Assembly (NCBI GenBank): GCA_045631625.1
Contig: JAZQVG010000167.1
Location: 1 to 48,277, forward strand
DNA length: 48,277 bases
Direction: 5' to 3'
DNA from: Christensenellaceae bacterium
GTDB taxonomy: Bacteria > Bacillota > Clostridia > Christensenellales > Borkfalkiaceae
This document shows positions 39,900-47,798 of this stretch, in pieces. The first letter of the stretch is position 1, and the number at the start of each line of letters is the position of its first letter. Position numbers and translations under genes: made by a program. The notes under the pieces were generated by a model, which was not told where the DNA came from, did no database searches, and worked only from the letters and a program-made list of their open reading frames with translations.

Positions 39900-41087
39900 A
39901 TGAAAGACTTAAAAATATTTACTAACAATATAGAAGAAAAAGCAACGCAACAAATTGATTTATTATTGAACCAAGAAGCATTTAAGAATTGCAAAGTAAG
40001 AATTATGCCTGATGTTCACGCTGGAAGTGGTTGTGTAATTGGTTTTACTGCTGACTTGGGAGATAAACTAATACCTAATGTCGTTGGGGTAGATATTGGT
40101 TGTGGTATGACTTGGGTAAAACTTGCAAATAATGAAATTGATTTAGAAAAACTTGATAAAGTAATAAGAGATAATATTCCTTGTGGTATGAACGTAAGAA
40201 GTGAGAAACTACCTACCGATATAAAATTAACTGATTTATATTGTTATAATCAATTAAGAAATGTAGAATATTTAGAGTGTTCTTTGGGTAGTCTTGGTGG
40301 GGGTAATCATTTTATAGAAGTTGATAAAAACGAACAAGGAGAGTTGTATTTAATAGTTCATAGTGGAAGTAGAAATTTAGGCAAACAAGTTTGCGATATT
40401 TACCAATCACTTTCTATTGATAGGTGTTCTTTCAAAGAAGAAATGAGAGCCGAAAAGGAAAAGGCTATTAAAGAATTAACGGAAAGTAATAGAAAAACCG
40501 AAATACAAGAAACACTTAAAACGATAGAGAAAAAGTATAGTGGCAAAACTAAACTACCAAAAGACTTGTGCTATTTAGAATTAGAAGATAGAGAACATTA
40601 TTTGCACGATATGAGATTGTGTCAAAAATGGGCTAAACAAAACCGTGAATATATTATTAAAATTATATGCGAAGAAATGGGCTTTATTAAAACTAATTTA
40701 GTTCATACAATACACAATTATATAAGCGATGACAACATTGTTCGTAAAGGAGCAATATCTTGTCAAAAAGGCGAATTTGCACTAATTCCTATGAATATGA
40801 AAGACGGCTGTTTAATTGTCGTTGGTAAAGGAAATGAAGATTGGAATTGTTCAGCACCACACGGAGCAGGTCGCATAATGTCAAGAGTACAAGCAAAAAA
40901 AGTGTTATCTATGCAAGATTATCAAAACGAAATGAAAGACATTTACACAACTTCGGTTTGTCAAGAAACTATTGATGAAGCACCTATGGTTTATAAGCCT
41001 ATGCAAGAAATTATTGACAATATAAAAGATACTGCCGATATTGATAGTATTATTAAACCAATATATAATTTTAAAGCAAAAGAATAA
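39900..41087 (+). CDS. rtcB: RtcB-family 3'-phosphate RNA ligase
   Basis: 395 aa. All hallmark motifs are present: IMPDVHAGSG, GGGNHFIEVD, VHSGSRNLG, IHNY, IPMNMKDG and SAPHGAGR. Confidence 0.9.
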   Translation: MKDLKIFTNNIEEKATQQIDLLLNQEAFKNCKVRIMPDVHAGSGCVIGFTADLGDKLIPNVVGVDIGCGMTWVKLANNEIDLEKLDKVIRDNIPCGMNVRSEKLPTDIKLTDLYCYNQLRNVEYLECSLGSLGGGNHFIEVDKNEQGELYLIVHSGSRNLGKQVCDIYQSLSIDRCSFKEEMRAEKEKAIKELTESNRKTEIQETLKTIEKKYSGKTKLPKDLCYLELEDREHYLHDMRLCQKWAKQNREYIIKIICEEMGFIKTNLVHTIHNYISDDNIVRKGAISCQKGEFALIPMNMKDGCLIVVGKGNEDWNCSAPHGAGRIMSRVQAKKVLSMQDYQNEMKDIYTTSVCQETIDEAPMVYKPMQEIIDNIKDTADIDSIIKPIYNFKAKE

Positions 41088-41120
41088 ATGAAAAATTCTT
41101 AAAAAGTTTACTAAAAGTTA

Positions 41121-41149
41121 TTGACAAGTATTGAAATAAATGTTATAAT
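41121..41149 (+). promoter_or_regulatory. early promoter, TTGAAATAA-spacer family (copy 3)
   Basis: TTGACAAGTATTGAAATAAATGTTATAAT: -35 at 41121-41126, -10 TATAAT at 41144-41149, with TGt. Confidence 0.7.
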
Positions 41150-41173
41150 TGTAATAAGAAAAGGAGAGAAGAA

Positions 41174-41356
41174 ATGAACATTGACACGAAAAAAATTAGA
41201 GAGCAGTTATTCTTAACGCAAGCCGAATTTGCAAAACTAATCGGTTTGAGTGAAGTTGCGGTTTCTAAATGGGAAAGGGGTATCAACAAGCCTACCCTTA
41301 AACACCTTAAAATCATAGTCGAAATCGCAAGAGATAATGGAATTTGGGTGGAGTAG
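41174..41356 (+). CDS. XRE-family HTH regulator
   Basis: 60 aa. LTQAEFAKLIGLSEVAVSKWERGINKPT is a canonical XRE HTH. Confidence 0.75.
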   Translation: MNIDTKKIREQLFLTQAEFAKLIGLSEVAVSKWERGINKPTLKHLKIIVEIARDNGIWVE

Positions 41357-41359
41357 GGT

Positions 41360-42085
41360 ATGAACTTTCATTTTTTGTTTGAGCAGTCAGGAACATTTAA
41401 AAATGTTTTTAAGGAATTAGGGCATAATTGCTATGATTATGATATTCTAAATGAAAACGGACAAACCGACTTTGTTGTTGATTTATTCAAAGAAATAGAA
41501 AATGAATATGATAATATTGTTTACAATAAAAATATAAAAACAATCTTTACTAATATGACGAAAGAAAATGATTTTATAATTGCATTTTTCCCTTGCACTC
41601 ATTTTTGCGATGCCAATAGTTTGCAATATAGACTTTTAATTGGCGGAAAGAAAAGAGAACTTGATAAAGTTTCTATTGAAAGATTGATAAAACGAAACCA
41701 AGATAGAGCAAGATTTTTTGAAGTCTATTTGAAATTTTGTTTTATTTGCAAAGAAAAAGGTATAAAAACAATTATTGAAAACCCTGCAAGTGGGGGGGGG
41801 AATAATTATTTAGAGGTATTTAGTCCTATTGATATAGCATATAAAGAGAAAAACAGAGCATTGTTTGGAGATGACTTTAAAAAGCCAACAAATTATTTTT
41901 CAATAAATTTTGATATGAAAGAAACTTTTTATATGTTCTCTGATAACAATATCTTTACTAAAAACATATACGATATACAAAGCAAAAATGTTAGTACAGG
42001 TGGTAGAAGCCTAATAACTAAAACCTATGCAAAAAATTTTTATTTTAGATTTATAGAAAATAACATAAAGGAGCAAAATAAATGA
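41360..42085 (+). CDS. phage-type DNA (cytosine-5) methyltransferase-like protein
   Basis: 241 aa. FLFEQSGTFKNVFKELGHNCYDYDI, FFPCTHFC and IIENPASGG parallel the ACEYSG.VR.AF...GH.A.SCD / PPCTYL / ENP.G motifs of short prophage cytosine MTases, as I recall them. It contains a G9 tract. Confidence 0.5.
   Translation: MNFHFLFEQSGTFKNVFKELGHNCYDYDILNENGQTDFVVDLFKEIENEYDNIVYNKNIKTIFTNMTKENDFIIAFFPCTHFCDANSLQYRLLIGGKKRELDKVSIERLIKRNQDRARFFEVYLKFCFICKEKGIKTIIENPASGGGNNYLEVFSPIDIAYKEKNRALFGDDFKKPTNYFSINFDMKETFYMFSDNNIFTKNIYDIQSKNVSTGGRSLITKTYAKNFYFRFIENNIKEQNK
41792..41800 (+). repeat. G9 homopolymer inside the C5-MTase-like ORF
   Basis: GCA AGT GGG GGG GGG AAT encodes A-S-G-G-G-N, right after the ENP motif. 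Confidence 0.9.
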
Positions 42086-43140
42086 ACGAAATTATAGAAA
42101 AAAAACAAAGTACAAACGATTTTGCATTACAAGTAGAGCAAAAGAAAAACGAATTGACTACGATATTGCAAAAAACAATTTTAGAGCAATATGCGTATGA
42201 CCTTAATTCGCAAACGCCCGAAAGTTTCAAGAAGAAACAAGAAGTTGCAAAGTTTATAAGTCAACTTGTAAATACGAAAGATAAAAGTGGTAGATATGCG
42301 ATTTTATCGTGTAGCCAAGAAAGTATTATGGATTGTTGCATTACATATTGCAATAACGAGTTAAACTTTTTCCGTAATCAAGCCTATCTTTTCCCATTTG
42401 GGAATAAACTTTCGTTTATGATTGGTAAAGACGGATATGTTGCTATGGCTAAACAACTTAACCCAGACATTGAAGATTTTTACTATGATGTAGTATATAA
42501 CGGCGATATTTTTGAGTATAATAAAGTTGCAGGCAAGACAACTATTGTTAAGCACGTTCAAAAACTCGCAAATATCACTTGCAATATAAACGATATAGTA
42601 TGTGCTTATGCTACGGTTTGCTATAAAAATGGCACTCACGAAGCCGATATTATGACTATTCAAGAGATTTTAAATGCACTTAAAACGGCACAAAAGGGTG
42701 GTTTTACCGACACGCACAAATTAAATCCAAAGTTGATGTTAAGCAAGTTCCCTTTAAGAAGATTAGCCAAGAAGAAAATCAATCAAACGGCAAACGAAGA
42801 AATGCGTAAAAATCTTGTCTTTGAAGATGATAATTATATTACTAATGAAGAATTGCAAGGTAATATCGAACTTGAAATAGACGACACACAAGAATTTAGC
42901 GAACCAACGGAAGTAGAAGTTGTAGAGCCTATTGAAGTAGTTGAGCAAGAAGAAACGGAATTTACACAAGAAGAAATTGCCGAAATAATGCAAGAAGAAT
43001 ACGAAGAAGAAAAGCAAAAAGAAAACGAAAAGACTATTTACTATTCTCAATGGCTAAACGAATACAAAAGCAATGGTTGGAAAATGGTTGAAGGCTCGTA
43101 TGACAAGGCGAATAAAACGGTTAAGGTGGTAAAGGTATAA
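42082..43140 (+). CDS. recT: RecT-family single-strand annealing recombinase
   Basis: 352 aa. SQESIMDCCITYCNNELNFFRNQAYLFPFGNKLSFMIGKDGYVAMAKQ follows the RecT core pattern (ayliPyg...iGy.G...la). It has an acidic C-terminal tail. Confidence 0.6.
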   Translation: MNEIIEKKQSTNDFALQVEQKKNELTTILQKTILEQYAYDLNSQTPESFKKKQEVAKFISQLVNTKDKSGRYAILSCSQESIMDCCITYCNNELNFFRNQAYLFPFGNKLSFMIGKDGYVAMAKQLNPDIEDFYYDVVYNGDIFEYNKVAGKTTIVKHVQKLANITCNINDIVCAYATVCYKNGTHEADIMTIQEILNALKTAQKGGFTDTHKLNPKLMLSKFPLRRLAKKKINQTANEEMRKNLVFEDDNYITNEELQGNIELEIDDTQEFSEPTEVEVVEPIEVVEQEETEFTQEEIAEIMQEEYEEEKQKENEKTIYYSQWLNEYKSNGWKMVEGSYDKANKTVKVVKV

Positions 43141-43142
43141 TT

Positions 43143-43370
43143 ATGGAATTTCACTTAAAATTAGGCGAAAATGAAACAATAGAAGATATAAATACTTTGA
43201 GTGTTGCTAATGCTTTGGTTAAGTTTATAAGTCACCACAATAAATTTAATAATATGCCAATATTTGAGAATGATATTTTTATAAATGATATTGCAAAGAT
43301 TTTGCAAGTTTTGGCGAATAGCGAAGAAAGATTTTATGATAACTTAAAGGAAGAAAATGCTAACACTTAA
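43143..43370 (+). CDS. small hypothetical protein
   Basis: 75 aa. It overlaps the next gene by 14 nt. Confidence 0.55.
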   Translation: MEFHLKLGENETIEDINTLSVANALVKFISHHNKFNNMPIFENDIFINDIAKILQVLANSEERFYDNLKEENANT

Positions 43371-44055
43371 AGTAATAGGCACAGGTTCGTTAGGCAATAT
43401 GTATTTGCTTAACTACAATGGCGAAAATTTGCTTATCGAACTTGGTATGCCATATAAAGACTTGCTATTAAATATAAACGATATAAATTCGGTTGTTGGT
43501 TGCTTATGTAGTCATCTTGAGCATTTCGACCATAATAACGATAAAACGAATAACGAGTTGAGTAAAATTGGCATTAAAATATTAAGCCATAATAATACTC
43601 AAATAGGCAAGAGATACAAGTTAGGAAGTTTTGAAATCGTGCCTTTACCTTGCATACACAATGTAGAGTGTAGGGGCTATCTAATAAAAGTTGGTGGAGA
43701 TACGTTGCTTTTTGCAACCGATACAAGACTACTACCAAAAGTCAAAAATGTGAAATTCGATTATTTTATCGTTGAAGTAAATTATATTGAAGCAATTAGA
43801 GAGCAAGTAGTTTTAACCGACAACGAAAGTAATGGCTTGCATTTAAACGGAATTTACAAAAACCACCACTCGCTTGAAAGTGCAGTTGAGTATTTTTCAA
43901 GCCTTGACTATAAGCCTAAATATATTATTACTATTCATAAGTCTAATAGTGGGCTTTTCAATGAAGAAAGTGTTGTGGAAGAATTAAGTAGGTTTGCAAA
44001 AGAAGAAGTTTGCATAGCCGAAAATAATACAAAATTTATTTTAGAGGAGATTTGA
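43357..44055 (+). CDS. metallo-beta-lactamase-fold hydrolase (probable recombination nuclease partner)
   Basis: 232 aa. The N-terminus LKVIGTGSLGNMYLLNYNGENLLIELG is followed by SHLEHFDH. This is a variant of HxHxDH with the first His displaced by one residue. Confidence 0.5.
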   Translation: MLTLKVIGTGSLGNMYLLNYNGENLLIELGMPYKDLLLNINDINSVVGCLCSHLEHFDHNNDKTNNELSKIGIKILSHNNTQIGKRYKLGSFEIVPLPCIHNVECRGYLIKVGGDTLLFATDTRLLPKVKNVKFDYFIVEVNYIEAIREQVVLTDNESNGLHLNGIYKNHHSLESAVEYFSSLDYKPKYIITIHKSNSGLFNEESVVEELSRFAKEEVCIAENNTKFILEEI

Positions 44056-44057
44056 CA

Positions 44058-44276
44058 ATGACAAACATTGAAAGACAAAAATCGCTTGACAAACAAAAGT
44101 GGCTTGAAAGCGAAAATCAAGGTCACGATATGAGTGGGTGTATGCTTTATTGCGAGTGTTGCGAAAAAGCCGACCATACTCACCCTACCGAAAACGGAAA
44201 ATGTTATGCAAGCCAAGAAGAACGAGAGCGAAATTGCTTATGTGCAAAAGCATTTAATCGTATGAAAAGGAGATAA
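44058..44276 (+). CDS. small Cys-rich protein
   Basis: The ATG at 44058 is 8 nt after GAGGAG (the track start at 44052 is TTG). It contains SGCMLYCECCEKADH...C...C.C. Confidence 0.55.
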   Translation: MTNIERQKSLDKQKWLESENQGHDMSGCMLYCECCEKADHTHPTENGKCYASQEERERNCLCAKAFNRMKRR

Positions 44277-44277
44277 T

Positions 44278-44643
44278 ATGAAACTTGAAGAACTAAAAAT
44301 TACAATTACAAGGCTTGAAGATGGGCTTGATAAAGACGGAAATACTTATTTGAAAGCCAAAGGTTACAACTCGTTTAAGAGTGGCGGTAGAACTTCATTT
44401 AACTTTTTTAGCAATATTAAGTTATACCCTATAAGCCAAGAGCAAATGGACGAAACCAAAAATAGACTTTTTTCACAAACCGAAGAAAAGCCTAAAATTA
44501 ACATTATTGCTTATCAAAGTGAATTGGTTACACCTTTGCAAAACGGCACTTTAAGGGCAAATCTTATTTGTTATAAATACGACTTTGCTAAAAGAAAACT
44601 TTACAAAAAAAAGGAGTTGCTAAACTATGGCAAAGATAATTAA
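44278..44643 (+). CDS. hypothetical protein
   Basis: 121 aa with AAGGAG RBS. Confidence 0.6.
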   Translation: MKLEELKITITRLEDGLDKDGNTYLKAKGYNSFKSGGRTSFNFFSNIKLYPISQEQMDETKNRLFSQTEEKPKINIIAYQSELVTPLQNGTLRANLICYKYDFAKRKLYKKKELLNYGKDN

Positions 44644-44839
44644 CTACGGAAATGCAAAACCTATCTATTGTGCTTGTTGTCACGCAACTTATCAATGGGA
44701 GTATGGTGACAAAATAGAAACGGAAGAATTATATCAAATTGATAAAAGTATAATAGTAGCAAGACGGCTTGAATGTCCTAATTGCCATTATTATAACGAT
44801 ATTGAATTTATTAAAGAGGAGAATAAAAATGAAAACTGA
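44627..44839 (+). CDS. zinc-ribbon protein
   Basis: 70 aa with CACC...CPNC and AAGGAG RBS. Confidence 0.55.
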   Translation: MAKIINYGNAKPIYCACCHATYQWEYGDKIETEELYQIDKSIIVARRLECPNCHYYNDIEFIKEENKNEN

Positions 44840-45179
44840 AAACCCAATGCAATATTACAAAGATTTTGCCAATGGCAAATTAAACAAATACAACCACATT
44901 AAGCCTTTAATTGATGTCTATGGCAAAGATTTTAACGACAAAGACCTTTATGGCGAAAATGGTTTAGTGGCTCTACTTGCACCATACCAAAACGCATACA
45001 ACGATATTATGGACGACCAACTTTTTTATATCAATAAATGCACAACAAAAAGCAAAAAGTTAGGCGAACCTAAAACCGAAGGCTATATCAAAAGTGCCGA
45101 GTTTTGCTTAAATCGTATGTATCAAATCGTGGCAAATTATGTAGAAGCAAAGAAAAATCAAAAGAAAAAGGAGAATTAA
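44829..45179 (+). CDS. hypothetical protein
   Basis: Start moved from 44769 to the ATG at 44829 (GAGGAG RBS). 116 aa. Confidence 0.55.
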   Translation: MKTENPMQYYKDFANGKLNKYNHIKPLIDVYGKDFNDKDLYGENGLVALLAPYQNAYNDIMDDQLFYINKCTTKSKKLGEPKTEGYIKSAEFCLNRMYQIVANYVEAKKNQKKKEN

Positions 45180-45182
45180 ATT

Positions 45183-46148
45183 ATGTTATATGGAATTTTA
45201 TTTGGCGTATTATTTGTAGGTTTAGCAATCGGTGCAATAGCACTTGCCACTTACGGCTATGAAGAAGATAAAGGCGGTTGCAAGGTAGGTGGAATTATTG
45301 GAACAATAGTTTCCGTACTTTTATTTGCTTGTATTCCGTTTAGTTTTAAGACTATCCAAACAGGTGAAGTCGCAATCGTAAAAGAAATGGGTAAAGTAAT
45401 TGACGTTAGAGAAGCAGGTACTCATTTTGATTTTTGGCTCATTAGAAGTTATGAAAAATACGACATTAAAGTACGAAGCGTAACTTCAAACACTATGGCT
45501 TACTCAAACGACAAGCAAACAATGACAGTTGAAATGACAACACAATACCAAGTTAATAAAGACAAGTTAAAAGAAATCGCAAGCACCTACGGCTCTTTAT
45601 CCGCTTTAGAAGATAGGATAAGTTCAATAGTTATTGAAAGAACAAAATCGGTACTTTCTTCTTATAATGCCGATAGTATTATTAGTGATAGAACGAAAGT
45701 TAGTGTTGAAGTGGCTACGGTTGTTGAAGAAGCCATTGGCGAAAAATATTTTATTGACGTTACCAATGTCGCTCTTACCAATATTGATTTCTCTGACGCT
45801 TATGAACAATCGGTTGAACAATCTATGATTGCTAAACAAGAAGTAGAAAAAGCAAAAGCGGAAGCGGAAAAACTTTTAGTTGAAGCACAAAACAAAGTTG
45901 CGATTGCGGAAGCCGAAGCAAACGCTAAAAAAGCACAAGCAAATGGTGAAGCCGAAGCATTAAAAATTCAAGCCGAAGCGGAAGCAAAAGCCCTCGAAAC
46001 TGTGCAATTAGCGTGGGAAGCCATAAGCCCCGAAGTTAGAGAAATTATGTTAAGAGAAATGGGCATTGAAAAGTGGAATGGCGAACTTCCCGATACTATG
46101 GTTGGTAGCGATTTTATTGAACAATTATTAGGTTTATTAAATAAATAG
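45183..46148 (+). CDS. SPFH/band-7 (prohibitin/HflK-like) membrane protein
   Basis: 321 aa. N-terminal TM helices are followed by IQTGEVAIVKEMGKV...GTHF, the start of an SPFH domain. The Ala/Glu-rich coiled coil AEAEANAKKAQANGEAEALKIQAEAEAKA is typical of HflK/C. Confidence 0.7.
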   Translation: MLYGILFGVLFVGLAIGAIALATYGYEEDKGGCKVGGIIGTIVSVLLFACIPFSFKTIQTGEVAIVKEMGKVIDVREAGTHFDFWLIRSYEKYDIKVRSVTSNTMAYSNDKQTMTVEMTTQYQVNKDKLKEIASTYGSLSALEDRISSIVIERTKSVLSSYNADSIISDRTKVSVEVATVVEEAIGEKYFIDVTNVALTNIDFSDAYEQSVEQSMIAKQEVEKAKAEAEKLLVEAQNKVAIAEAEANAKKAQANGEAEALKIQAEAEAKALETVQLAWEAISPEVREIMLREMGIEKWNGELPDTMVGSDFIEQLLGLLNK

Positions 46149-46158
46149 GAGAATTGAT

Positions 46159-46500
46159 ATGCAAAAATTTTACTTTATTGGAAATCTCGTCAGAGATGTG
46201 GAAACGAAACAAAGCCAAAACGGAAACCCAATCGCAAAGTTTTGTGTTGCCGTTCAAAGACCTTACAAAAAAGATACTGCCGACTTTTTTGAAGTTGTTG
46301 CTTATAATAAACTTGGCGAGTTATGTTCAAACTATCTTTCAAAAGGTAGACAAGTTGCCGTTATAGGTTATATGACAACTCGCACTTACGAAAAAGACGG
46401 AACTACAAGAAAAATTTACGAAGTTGTAGCCGAAGATATTAGATTTTTAGACCGCAACTCAAAAGAACAAGAGCAAGTAGACGAAAACACACTATTTTAA
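46159..46500 (+). CDS. ssb: single-stranded DNA-binding protein
   Basis: 113 aa. OB-fold pattern GNLVRDVE......G...A.F.VAV.R......DFF.VV.....AE.....L.KG..V.V.G. The acidic C-terminus ends in ENTLF. Confidence 0.85.
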   Translation: MQKFYFIGNLVRDVETKQSQNGNPIAKFCVAVQRPYKKDTADFFEVVAYNKLGELCSNYLSKGRQVAVIGYMTTRTYEKDGTTRKIYEVVAEDIRFLDRNSKEQEQVDENTLF

Positions 46501-46511
46501 AGGCGAGAATT

Positions 46512-46583
46512 AGCCCTATAACCGATTTTTAGGCTTGGCACGATAAATTTATCAAAGGAGCAACTATCGTGCCTTGTAGGGCT
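46512..46583 (+). other. nested perfect inverted repeats between ssb and the GIY-YIG gene
   Basis: Outer stem AGCCCTA(46512-46518)/TAGGGCT(46577-46583). Inner stem GGCACGATA(46537-46545)/TATCGTGCC(46565-46573). No U-run follows, so it is not a classic terminator. Confidence 0.5.
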
Positions 46584-46598
46584 TAATAAGGGAGAATT

Positions 46599-47189
46599 AT
46601 GACGAAACCAAATTACAAGCAAATATTTGCTAAAAAGAAAGCAATAGCCGAAAAATTAAAAAAAGTTTGCCCTAATATAACCAATGTTAGTGGAATATAT
46701 TTTTATACAAGAGAAAAACCATTAGAAGAAGATGGTGGTGGTTCTGCATTTTACATCGGCAAAAGTCGAACACTGCTCGATAGGTGTATTTCTCACGATA
46801 TGGGATATTCACAACGAATAGATATTAGCCTAAAGAAACGAAAATATTATAGCAAAGCAAATCCTTATGGGTGGAAACTGAATGTTTTATTCTTTCCCGA
46901 ACATTTGTTAGATGAAAAGGAAAGATACTATATAGAGTTATATAAGAGCAAAAATTTTGAGTGTTATAACATAGAAAATGGTGGGACTACTAACAAACAA
47001 ATAATAGGCGAAAGAAAGCCACCTAAAAGTTATCGTGACGGAATTGCTCAAGGGTATAAGAACGCCGTCAAAGAAATCAAAGTTTTTTTTGAAAAGTATC
47101 TTGACTTTACAATAAAAGGGAATTATAATAAAACTAAAGAAAGAAAATTCAATGAGTTTAAGGAGTGGCTTAATAGTGAAGAAAATTAA
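46599..47189 (+). CDS. GIY-YIG family (homing-type) endonuclease
   Basis: 196 aa. SGIYFYT...FYIGKSRTLLDRCISH...YYIELYKS...YNIENGG gives the GIY / YIG / R / E / N signature in order. Confidence 0.65.
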   Translation: MTKPNYKQIFAKKKAIAEKLKKVCPNITNVSGIYFYTREKPLEEDGGGSAFYIGKSRTLLDRCISHDMGYSQRIDISLKKRKYYSKANPYGWKLNVLFFPEHLLDEKERYYIELYKSKNFECYNIENGGTTNKQIIGERKPPKSYRDGIAQGYKNAVKEIKVFFEKYLDFTIKGNYNKTKERKFNEFKEWLNSEEN

Positions 47190-47496
47190 GTGGCGTTGGA
47201 AATTTGATTGCTACTTGCCGTTTTGCCCTTATTGCGACACGAAAGTAGACGAAACAAATAATAAATGCGACCATTGCGGTAGAAAATTCAAGTGGACTAT
47301 TTTAAAGCATAAGCCGACCATTTTTGAAATCGGTCATTATACTATTATGCAATGTTTAGATAATAGCGTTAGGGTTTATAATAAAAACGATAATGTACTT
47401 GTATTTTTAATCGAACACACTAAAAAATTAAGCAAGCGAAAACTCAAAAAAGAAATAGAGAGTTTATTTAAACTTTTAGAAATTAAACTTATATAA
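47176..47496 (+). CDS. zinc-ribbon protein
   Basis: The GTG at 47176 is 10 nt after AAGGAG (the track ATG at 47152 lacks an RBS). It contains CPYCDTKVDETNNKCDHCG. The start is uncertain. Confidence 0.5.
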   Translation: MKKIKWRWKFDCYLPFCPYCDTKVDETNNKCDHCGRKFKWTILKHKPTIFEIGHYTIMQCLDNSVRVYNKNDNVLVFLIEHTKKLSKRKLKKEIESLFKLLEIKLI

Positions 47497-47501
47497 ATAA
47501 A

Positions 47502-47527
47502 GGGTAGTGGAAACACTACCTTTTTTC
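47502..47527 (+). terminator. rho-independent terminator
   Basis: GGTAGTG-GAAA-CACTACC followed by TTTTTTCTTT. Confidence 0.75.
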
Positions 47528-47565
47528 TTTCCAAAAAAATATTTTAAAAATTTTTGCAAAAATAG

Positions 47566-47594
47566 TTGACAACTTAAAATGAGTATGTTAGAAT
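47566..47594 (+). promoter_or_regulatory. sigma-A type promoter
   Basis: TTGACA(47566-47571), 17-nt spacer, TGtTAGAAT (-10 at 47589-47594). Confidence 0.65.
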
Positions 47595-47637
47595 ATGGTT
47601 AGAATTTGATTACAAAATTAAAAAAGGGGGTGTAAAA

Positions 47638-47796
47638 ATGAAGTGTGAAAATAAAGAACTTGCAAGAGTTGGGAATAGTAATTGCTTTATATTTAGTAAG
47701 GTTATGCTTGAACAAGCGAACTTTACTAATAAAGATAAATATACTATTAACATTAAAAAAGATTTAGTTACGATTAGAAAACAAAAGGAGAATTGA
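47638..47796 (+). CDS. AbrB/MazE/SpoVT-type small DNA-binding protein (52 aa, not in ORF track)
   Basis: ATG at 47638 with AAGGGGG RBS. LARVGNSNCFIFSKVMLEQANFTNKDKYTINIKKDLVTIRK follows the swapped-hairpin pattern (vGNS..v.iPk.....l....d...i......i.i.k). Confidence 0.5.
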   Translation: MKCENKELARVGNSNCFIFSKVMLEQANFTNKDKYTINIKKDLVTIRKQKEN

Positions 47797-47798
47797 TT

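Noticed and set aside
39821-39925. A 34-aa ORF (MIDRTREMIKLKQDGMTYREIARGKFYERLKNIY) with a resolvase/sigma-like HTH fragment that overlaps the rtcB start
   Set aside because: It is too short to form a stable HTH domain, and it overlaps rtcB by 26 nt. It may be a remnant of a degraded regulator gene, so it is not called as a feature.
29883-45839. Other internal or antisense track ORFs: 29883-30116, 31548-31877, 31960-32154, 32027-32389, 34163-34444, 34990-35232, 35834-36241, 36506-36742, 37137-37415, 37889-38143, 42361-42663, 42763-43050, 43935-44216, 45624-45839, 45634-45828, 46154-46366, 47774-47995 and 47973-48158
   Set aside because: Each is nested in or opposite a gene with recognisable motifs or a proper RBS. 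None has its own translation signals.
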